The position numbers and the translations under genes were made by a program. From Laetmonice hystrix (Eukaryota): 64,000 nucleotides of DNA. Of the stretch, positions 53,354-64,000 are shown piece after piece (position 1 is the stretch's first letter; each line of letters opens with the position of its first letter). The notes beneath the pieces were generated by a model. The model was not told where the DNA came from. It saw only the letters and a list, made by a program, of their open reading frames with translations, and ran no database searches. Where the stretch lies: the NCBI GenBank assembly GCA_965235115.1, contig OZ249436.1:46502001-46566000 (forward strand). The letters are read 5' to 3'.

Positions 53354-56300
53354 TTACCCAGAGATGTTGCCGGCAGAAAACACCAGGGTGCAGCTGACGG
53401 CGCTGACTGCACTGCCGCCTTCCGGCCAGCGGTGGAATCACCACGTACACCTGGCCAGTCTGGCAGGCACCTGTGGCCCTTAGGCGAGAGACAGGTTAAA
53501 GCAATGATAAGCGAAAAATGGCTACATTTTTGATACGTCAAATTGAAACTACGGCCCCCAATATTATTATTCTTAGACCAGATGTATAACTGTCAAGCGT
53601 ATAGGTCTCGTACGTTCGCTACAGATATATGGTTGTGATGTGTACACTTCCCATTTGAGTATCTTCTCCAGATTTTAACATTAGATGCTCCTCGCCTGTA
53701 CCTTTCATTTCCACTACCTCACTGTAGTGTTTGCATGGCTACTATAGGCCAGCTGATAAGATGTAGAGACTTCTCACTCTACTGGTTGGCCTCCCACACT
53801 GCTTAATTGGCTCCACAGTGTACTGTTTGGCCTCACTGTACTCTTTGGCCTCACTGTAGTGTTCGTTTGGGTGCTAGGCCAGCCAGTATACCTTGTAGCG
53901 ATTCCTCCCCGTACTGTTTGGCCTCCCTGTACCGTTTGCTTGTATACAAGAGTAGCCAGTAGTATAGGGACGCCTCATGTTTCAGTTTCCATGCCTTTAT
54001 TGTCCAGGAGGCAGGACATACGTTTCGTCTATCATCTACTCCCATCTTATCTGTGTCCCCTACAGACCATCTGTAAGCGTCCGACAACGTTGTCAGGTCG
54101 TCCCAATGACTGTTTGCCGTCCAGGTTTAGTTAACAATGGCAAATGACGTTGTACGCCTATTCTATATCAGATATCCCATCCCCAAGTAACAAACAAACA
54201 AACAAAGGATGATTACCCAGAGATTTTGCCGGCAGAAAACACCAGGGTGCAGCTGACGGCGCTGACTGCACTGCCGCCTTCCGGCCAGCGGTGGAATCAC
54301 CACGTACACCTGGCCGGGCTGGCAGGCACCTGTGGCCCTTAGGCGAGAGACAGGTTAAAGCAAGAATAAGCGAAAAATGGCTACATTTTTGATACGTCAA
54401 ATTGAAACTACGGCCCCCAAAATTATTATTCTTAGGCCAGATGTATAACTGTCAAGCGTATAGGTCTCGTACGTTCGCTACAGATATATGGTTGTGATGT
54501 GTACACTTCCCATTTGAGTATCTTCTCGACATTTTAACATTAGATGCTCCTAGCCTGTACCTTACATTTCCACTACCTCACTGTAGTGTTTGCATGGCTA
54601 CTATAGGCCAGATGGTAAGATGTAGGGACTTCTCACTCTACTGGTTGGCCTCCCACACGGCTTGGCTCCACAGTGTACTGTTTGGCCTCACTGTACTCTT
54701 TGGCCTCACTGTAGTGTTCGTTTGGGTGCTAGGCCAGTCAGTATACCTTGTAGCGATTCCTCCCCGTACTGTTTGGCCTCACTGTACCGTTTGCTTGTAT
54801 ACAAGAGTAGCCAGTAGCATAGGGACGCCTTATGTTTCAGTTTCCATTCCTTTACTGTCCAGGAGGCAGGCCATACGTTTCGTCTATCATCTACTCCCAT
54901 CTAATCTGTGTTCCCTACAGACCATCTGTAAGCGTCCGACAACGTTGTCAGGTCGTCCCGATGACTGTTTGCCGTCAAGGTTTAGTTAACAATGGCAAAT
55001 GACGTTGTACGCCTATTCTATATCAGATATCCCATCCCCAAGTAACAAACAAACAAAGGATGATTACCCAGAGATGTTGCCGGCAGAAAACACCAGGGTG
55101 CAGCTGACGGCGCTGACTGCACTGCCGCCTTCCGGCCAGCGGTGGAATCACCACGTACACCTGGCCGGGCTGGCAGGCACCTGTGGCCCTTAGGCGAGAG
55201 ACAGGTTAAAGCAATGATAAGCGAAAAATGGCTACATTTTTGATACGTCAAATTAAAACTACGGCCCCCAAAATTATTATTCTTAGGCCAGATGTATAAC
55301 TGTCAAGCGTATAGGTCTCGTACGTTCGCTACAGATATATGGTTGTGATGTGTACACTTCCCATTTGAGTATCTTCTCCAGATTTTAACATTAGATGCTC
55401 CTCGCCTGTACCTTACATTTCCACTACCTCACTGTAGTGTTTGCATGGCTACTATAGGCCAGCGGGTAAGATGTAGGGACTTCTCACTCTACTGGTTGGT
55501 CTCCCACACGGCTTGGCTCCACAGTGTACTGTTTGGCCTCACTGTACTCTTTGGCCTCACTGTAGTGTTCGTTTGGGTGCTAGGCCAGTCAGTATACCTT
55601 GTAGCGATTCCTCCCAGTACTGTTTGGCCTCACTGTACCGTTTGCTTGTATACAAGAGTAGCCAGTAGTATAGGGACGCCTTATGTTTCAGTTTCCATGC
55701 CTTTATTGTCCAGGAGGCAGGCCATACGTTTCGTCTATCATCTACTCCCATCTTATCTGTGTCCCCTACAGACCATCTGTAAGCGTCCGACAACGTTGTC
55801 AGGTCGTCCCAATGACTGTTTGCCGTCCAGGTTTAGTTAACAATGGCAAATGACGTTGTAAGCCTATTCTATATCAGATATCCCATCCCCAAGTAACAAA
55901 CAAACAAACAAAGGATGATTACCCAGAGATTTTGCCGGCAGAAAACACCAGGGTGCAGCTGACGGCGCTGACTGCACTGCCGCCTTCCGGCCAGCGGTGG
56001 AATCACCACGTACACCTGGCCGGGCTGGCAGGCACCTGTGGCCCTTAGGCGAGAGACAGGTTAAAGCAAGAATAAGCGAAAAATGGCTACATTTTTGATA
56101 CGTCAAATTGAAACTACCGCCCCCAAAATTATTATTCTTAGGCCAGATGTATAACACTGTCAAGCGTATAGGTCTCGTACGTTCGCTACAGATATATGGT
56201 TGTGATGTGTACACTTCCCATTTGAGTATCTTCTCGACATTTTAACATTAGATGCTCCTAGCCTGTACCTTACATTTCCACTACCTCACTGTAGTGTTTG

Positions 56301-59300
56301 CATGGCTACTATAGGCCAGATGGTAAGATGTAGGGACTTCTCACTCTACTGGTTGGCCTCCCAGACGGCTTGGCTCCACAGTGTACTGTTTGGCCTCACT
56401 GTACTCTTTGGCCTCACTGTAGTGTTCGTTTGGGTGCTAGGCCAGTCAGTATACCTTGTAGCGATTCCTCCCCGTACTGTTTGGCCTCACTGTACCGTTT
56501 GCTTGTATACAAGAGTAGCCAGTAGTATAGGGACGCCTTATGTTTCAGTTTCCATGCCTTTATTGTCCAGGAGGCAGGCCATACGTTTCGTCTATCATCT
56601 ACTCCCATCTAATCTGTGTTCCCTACAGACCATCTGTAAGCGTCCGACAACGTTGTCAGGTAGTCCCGATGACTGTTTGCCGTCAAGGTTTAGTTAACAA
56701 TGGCAAATGACGTTGTACGCCTATTCTATATCAGATATCCCATCCCCAAGTAACAAACAAACAAAGGATGATTACCCAGAGATGTTGCCGGCAGAAAACA
56801 CCAGGGTGCAGCTGACGGCGCTGACTGCACTGCCGCCTTCCGGCCAGCGGTGGAATCACCACGTACACCTGGCCGGGCTGGCAGGCACCTGTGGCCCTTA
56901 GGCGAGAGACAGGTTAAAGCAATGATAAGCGAAAAATGGCTACATTTTTGATACGTCAAATTGAAACTACGGCCCCCAATATTATTATTCTTAGACCAGA
57001 TGTATAACTGTCAAGCGTATAGGTCTCGTACGTTCGCTACAGATATATGGTTGTGATGTGTACACTTCCCATTTGAGTATCTTCTCCAGATTTTAACATT
57101 AGATGCTCCTCGCCTGTACCTTTCATTTCCACTACCTCACTGTAGTGTTTGCATGGCTACTATAGGCCAGCTGATAAGATGTAGAGACTTCTCACTCTAC
57201 TGGTTGGCCTCCCACACTGCTTAATTGGCTCCACAGTGTACTGTTTGGCCTCACTGTACTCTTTGGCCTCACTGTAGTGTTCGTTTGGGTGCTAGGCCAG
57301 CCAGTATACCTTGTAGCGATTCCTCCCCGTACTGTTTGGCCTCCCTGTACCGTTTGCTTGTATACAAGAGTAGCCAGTAGTATAGGGACGCCTCATGTTT
57401 CAGTTTCCATGCCTTTATTGTCCAGGAGGCAGGACATACGTTTCGTCTATCATCTACTCCCATCTTATCTGTGTCCCCTACAGACCATCTGTAAGCGTCC
57501 GACAACGTTGTCAGGTCGTCCCAATGACTGTTTGCCGTCCAGGTTTAGTTAACAATGGCAAATGACGTTGTACGCCTATTCTATATCAGATATCCCATCC
57601 CCAAGTAACAAACAAACAAACAAAGGATGATTACCCAGAGATTTTGCCGGCAGAAAACACCAGGGTGCAGCTGACGGCGCTGACTGCACTGCCGCCTTCC
57701 GGCCAGCGGTGGAATCACCACGTACACCTGGCCGGGCTGGCAGGCACCTGTGGCCCTTAGGCGAGAGACAGGTTAAAGCAAGAATAAGCGAAAAATGGCT
57801 ACATTTTTGATACGTCAAATTGAAACTACGGCCCCCAAAATTATTATTCTTAGGCCAGATGTATAACTGTCAAGCGTATAGGTCTCGTACGTTCGCTACA
57901 GATATATGGTTGTGATGTGTACACTTCCCATTTGAGTATCTTCTCCAGATTTTAACATTAGATGCTCCTCGCCTGTACCTTTCATTTCCACTACCTCACT
58001 GTAGTGTTTGCATGGCTACTATAGGCCAGCTGATAAGATGTAGAGACTTCTCACTCTACTGGTTGGCCTCCCACACTGCTTAATTGGCTCCACAGTGTAC
58101 TGTTTGGCCTCACTGTACTCTTTGGCCTCACTGTAGTGTTCGTTTGGGTGCTAGGCCAGCCAGTATACCTTGTAGCGATTCCTCCCCGTACTGTTTGGCC
58201 TCCCTGTACCGTTTGCTTGTATACAAGAGTAGCCAGTAGTATAGGGACGCCTCATGTTTCAGTTTCCATGCCTTTATTGTCCAGGAGGCAGGACATACGT
58301 TTCGTCTATCATCTACTCCCATCTTATCTGTGTCCCCTACAGACCATCTGTAAGCGTCCGACAACGTTGTCAGGTCGTCCCAATGACTGTTTGCCGTCCA
58401 GGTTTAGTTAACAATGGCAAATGACGTTGTACGCCTATTCTATATCAGATATCCCATCCCCAAGTAACAAACAAACAAACAAAGGATGATTACCCAGAGA
58501 TTTTGCCGGCAGAAAACACCAGGGTGCAGCTGACGGCGCTGACTGCACTGCCGCCTTCCGGCCAGCGGTGGAATCACCACGTACACCTGGCCGGGCTGGC
58601 AGGCACCTGTGGCCCTTAGGCGAGAGACAGGTTAAAGCAAGAATAAGCGAAAAATGGCTACATTTTTGATACGTCAAATTGAAACTACGGCCCCCAAAAT
58701 TATTATTCTTAGGCCAGATGTATAACTGTCAAGCGTATAGGTCTCGTACGTTCGCTACAGATATATGGTTGTGATGTGTACACTTCCCATTTGAGTATCT
58801 TCTCGACATTTTAACATTAGATGCTCCTAGCCTGTACCTTACATTTCCACTACCTCACTGTAGTGTTTGCATGGCTACTATAGGCCAGATGGTAAGATGT
58901 AGGGACTTCTCACTCTACTGGTTGGCCTCCCACACGGCTTGGCTCCACAGTGTACTGTTTGGCCTCACTGTACTCTTTGGCCTCACTGTAGTGTTCGTTT
59001 GGGTGCTAGGCCAGCCAGTATACCTTGTAGCGATTCCTCCCCGTACTGTTTGGCCTCACTGTACCGTTTGCTTGTATACAAGAGTAGCCAGTAGTATAGG
59101 GACGCCTTATGTTTCAGTTTCCATTCCTTTACTGTCCAGGAGGCAGGCCATACGTTTCGTCTATCATCTACTCCCATCTAATCTGTGTTCCCTACAGACC
59201 ATCTGTAAGCGTCCGACAACGTTGTCAGGTCGTCCCGATGACTGTTTGCCGTCAAGGTTTAGTTAACAATGGCAAATGACGTTGTACGCCTATTCTATAT

Positions 59301-62300
59301 CAGATATCCCATCCCCAAGTAACAAACAAACAAAGGATGATTACCCAGAGATGTTGCCGGCAGAAAACACCAGGGTGCAGCTGACGGCGCTGACTGCACT
59401 GCCGCCTTCCGGCCAGCGGTGGAATCACCACGTACACCTGGCCGGGCTGGCAGGCACCTGTGGCCCTTAGGCGAGAGACAGGTTAAAGCAATGATAAGCG
59501 AAAAATGGCTACATTTTTGATACGTCAAATTGAAACTACGGCCCCCAAAATTATTATTCTTAGGCCAGATGTATAACTGTCAAGCGTATAGGTCTCGTAC
59601 GTTCGCTACAGATATATGGTTGTGATGTGTACACTTCCCATTTGAGTATCTTCTCCAGATTTTAACATTAGATGCTCCTCGCCTGTACCTTACATTTCCA
59701 CTACCTCACTGTAGTGTTTGCATGGCTACTATAGGCCAGCGGGTAAGATGTAGGGACTTCTCACTCTACTGGTTGGCCTCCCACACGGCTTGGCTCCACA
59801 GTGTACTGTTTGGCCTCACTGTACTCTTTGGCCTCACTGTAGTGTTCGTTTGGGTGCTAGGCCAGTCAGTATACCTTGTAGCGATTCCTCCCCGTACTGT
59901 TTGGCCTCACTGTACCGTTTGCTTGTATACAAGAGTAGCCAGTAGTATAGGGACGCCTTATGTTTCAGTTTCCATGCCTTTATTGTCCAGGAGGCAGGCC
60001 ATACGTTTCGTCTATCATCTACTCCCATCTTATCTGTGTCCCCTACAGACCATCTGTAAGCGTCCGACAACGTTGTCAGGTCGTCCCAATGACTGTTTGC
60101 CGTCCAGGTTTAGTTAACAATGGCAAATGACGTTGTACGCCTATTCTATATCAGATATCCCATCCCCAAGTAACAAACAAACAAACAAAGGATGATTACC
60201 CAGAGATTTTGCCGGCAGAAAACACCAGGGTGCAGCTGACGGCGCTGACTGCACTGCCGCCTTCCGGCCAGCGGTGGAATCACCACGTACACCTGGCCGG
60301 GCTGGCAGGCACCTGTGGCCCTTAGGCGAGAGACAGGTTAAAGCAAGAATAAGCGAAAAATGGCTACATTTTTGATACGTCAAATTGAAACTACCGCCCC
60401 CAAAATTATTATTCTTAGGCCAGATGTATAACACTGTCAAGCGTATAGGTCTCGTACGTTCGCTACAGATATATGGTTGTGATGTGTACACTTCCCATTT
60501 GAGTATCTTCTCGACATTTTAACATTAGATGCTCCTAGCCTGTACCTTACATTTCCACTACCTCACTGTAGTGTTTGCATGGCTACTATAGGCCAGATGG
60601 TAAGATGTAGGGACTTCTCACTCTACTGGTTGGCCTCCCACACGGCTTGGCTCCACAGTGTACTGTTTGGCCTCACTGTACTCTTTGGCCTCACTGTAGT
60701 GTTCGTTTGGGTGCTAGGCCAGTCAGTATACCTTGTAGCGATTCCTCCCCGTACTGTTTGGCCTCACTGTACCGTTTGCTTGTATACAAGAGTAGCCAGT
60801 AGTATAGGGACGCCTTATGTTTCAGTTTCCATGCCTTTATTGTCCAGGAGGCAGGCCATACGTTTCGTCTATCATCTACTCCCATCTAATCTGTGTTCCC
60901 TACAGACCATCTGTAAGCGTCCGACAACGTTGTCAGGTAGTCCCGATGACTGTTTGCCGTCAAGGTTTAGTTAACAATGGCAAATGACGTTGTACGCCTA
61001 TTCTATATCAGATATCCCATCCCCAAGTAACAAACAAACAAAGGATGATTACCCAGAGATGTTGCCGGCAGAAAACACCAGGGTGCAGCTGACGGCGCTG
61101 ACTGCACTGCCGCCTTCCGGCCAGCGGTGGAATCACCACGTACACCTGGCCGGGCTGGCAGGCACCTGTGGCCCTTAGGCGAGAGACAGGTTAAAGCAAT
61201 GATAAGCGAAAAATGGCTACATTTTTGATACGTCAAATTGAAACTACGGCCCCCAAAATTATTATTCTTAGGCCAGATGTATAACTGTCAAGCGTATAGG
61301 TCTCGTACGTCCGCTACAGATATATGGTTGTGATGTGTACACTTCCCATTTGAGTATCTTCTCCAGATTTTAACATTAGATGCTCCTCGCCTGTACCTTA
61401 CATTTCCACTACCTCACTGTAGTGTTTGCATGGCTACTATAGGCCAGCGGGTAAGATGTAGGGACTTCTCACTCTACTGGTTGGCCTCCCACACTGCTTG
61501 GCTCCACAGTGTACTGTTTGGCCTCACTGTACTCTTTGGCCTCACTGTAGTGTTCGTTTGGGTGCTAGGCCAGCCAGTATACCTTGTAGCGATTCCTCCC
61601 CGTACTGTTTGGCCTCCCTGTACTGTTTGCTTGTATACAAGAGTAGCCAGTAGTATAGGGACGCCTCATGTTTCAGTTTCCATGCCTTTATTGTCCAGGA
61701 GGCAGGCCATACGTTTCGTCTATCATCTACTCCCATCTAATCTGTGTCCCCTACAGACCATCTGTAAGCGTCCGACAACGTTGTCAGGTCGTCCCAATGA
61801 CTGTTTGCCGTCAAGGTTTAGTTAACAATGGCAAATGACGTGGTACGCCTATTCTATATGAGATATCCCATCCCCAAGTAACAAACAAACAAAGGATGAT
61901 TACCCAGAGATGTTGCCGGCAGAAAACACCAGGGTGCAGCTGACGGCGCTGACTGCACTGCCGCCTTCCGGCCAGCGGTGGAATCACCACGTACACCTGG
62001 CCGGGCTGGCAGGCACCTGTGGCCCTTAGGCGAGAGACAGGTTAAAGCAATGATAAGCGAAAAATGGCTACATTTTCGATACGTCAAATTGAAACTACGG
62101 CCCCCAAAATTATTATTCTTAGACCAGATGTATAACTGTCAAGCGTATAGGTCTCGTACGTTCGCTACAGATATATGGTTGTGATGTGTACACTTCCCAT
62201 TTGAGTATCTTCTCCAGATTTTAACATTAGATGCTCCTCGCCTGTACCTTTCATTTCCACTACTTCACTGTAGTGTTTGCATGGCTACTATAGGCCAGCT

Positions 62301-64000
62301 GATAAGATGTAGGGACTTCTCACTCTACTGGTTGGCCTCCCACACTGCTTAATTGGCTCCACAGTGTACTGTTTGGCCTCACTGTACTCTTTGGCCTCAC
62401 TGTAGTGTTCGTTTGGGTGCTAGGCCAGCCAGTATACCTTGTAGCGATTCCTCCCCGTACTGTTTGGCCTCCCTGTACCGTTTGCTTGTATACAAGAGTA
62501 GCCAGTAGTATAGGGACGCCTCATGTTTCAGTTTCCATGCCTTTATTGTCCAGGAGGCAGGACATACGTTTCGTCTATCATCTACTCCCATCTTATCTGT
62601 GTCCCCTACAGACCATCTGTAAGCGTCCGACAACGTTGTCAGGTCGTCCCAATGACTGTTTGCCGTCAAGGTTTAGTTAACAATGGCAAATGACGTTGTA
62701 CGCCTATTCTATATTAGATATCCCATCCCCAAGTAACAAACAAACAAACAAAGGATGATTACCCAGAGATTTTGCCGGCAGAAAACACCAGGGTGCAGCT
62801 GACGGCGCTGACTGCACTGCCGCCTTCCGGCCAGCGGTGGAATCACCACGTACACCTGGCCGGGCTGGCAGGCACCTGTGGCCCTTAGGCGAGAGACAGG
62901 TTAAAGCAAGAATAAGCGAAAAATGGCTACATTTTTGATACGTCAAATTGAAACTACGGCCCCAAAAATTATTATTCTTAGGCCAGATGTATAACTGTCA
63001 AGCGTATAGGTCTCGTACGTTCGCTACAGATATATGGTTGTGATGTGTACACTTCCCATTTGAGTATCTTCTCCAGATTTTAACATTAGATGCTCCTCGC
63101 CTGTACCTTTCATTTCCACTACCTCACTGTAGTGTTTGCATGGCTACTATAGGCCAGCTGATAAGATGTAGGGACTTCTCACTCTACTGGTTGGCCTCCC
63201 ACACTGCTTAATTGGCTCCACAGTGTACTGTTTGGCCTCACTGTACTCTTTGGCCTCACTGTAGTGTTCGTTTGGGTGCTAGGCCAGCCAGTATACCTTG
63301 TAGCGATTCCTCCCCGTACTGTTTGGCCTCCCTGTACCGTTTGCTTGTATACAAGAGTAGCCAGTAGTATAGGGACGCCTCATGTTTCAGTTTCCATGCC
63401 TTTATTGTCCAGGAGGCAGGACATACGTTTCGTCTATCATCTACTCCCATCTTATCTGTGTCCCCTACAGACCATCTGTAAGCGTCCGACAACGTTGTCA
63501 GGTCGTCCCAATGACTGTTTGCCGTCCAGGTTTAGTTAACAATGGCAAATGACGTTGTACGCCTATTCTATATCAGATATCCCATCCCCAAGTAACAAAC
63601 AAACAAACAAAGGATGATTACCCAGAGATTTTGCCGGCAGAAAACACCAGGGTGCAGCTGACGGCGCTGACTGCACTGCCGCCTTCCGGCCAGCGGTGGA
63701 ATCACCACGTACACCTGGCAGGGCCTGCAGGCACCTGTGGCCCTTAGGCGAGAGACAGGTTAAAGCAAGAATAAGCGAAAAATGGCTACATTTTTGATAC
63801 GTCAAATTGAAACTACGGCCCCCAAAATTATTATTCTTAGGCCAGATGTATAACTGTCAAGCGTATAGGTCTCGTACGTTCGCTACAGATATATGGTTGT
63901 GATGTGTACACTTCCCATTTGAGTATCTTCTCGACATTTTAACATTAGATGCTCCTAGCCTGTACCTTACATTTCCACTACCTCACTGTAGTGTTTGCAT
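53354..64000. repeat. Tandem array of ~855-bp monomer, block 2 (about 12.5 copies; runs off the window end)
   Basis: The same monomer resumes in register (TTACCCAGAGAT) immediately after the HINE stack. Confidence 0.98.

Overview
Repeat-dominated eukaryotic (probably invertebrate animal) DNA with no credible protein-coding gene. About 75% of the window is one tandem array of a ~855-bp monomer (about 45 copies at 1384-46108, then about 12.5 more from 53354 to the window end). The monomers form higher-order repeats and include a ~10-kb internal duplication. The array is interrupted twice. First, a 6.4-kb TAA-flanked PIF/Harbinger-like TIR element (2112-8493) carries its own nested elements. Second, a 7.2-kb Russian-doll stack of four minus-strand non-autonomous Helentron-like (HINE/DINE-1-type) elements (46109-53353) carries a 146-bp internal satellite. 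A similar HINE stack abuts the array at the window start. Both HINE stacks meet the monomer within 3 bp of the same position, next to a copy of the HINE subterminal motif ATCCCATCCCC that every monomer carries. Each monomer also holds a GC-rich ~142-nt block that folds by eye into four hairpins; this is an unassigned candidate structured RNA. The repeated short ORFs in the track are artefacts of the repeat.
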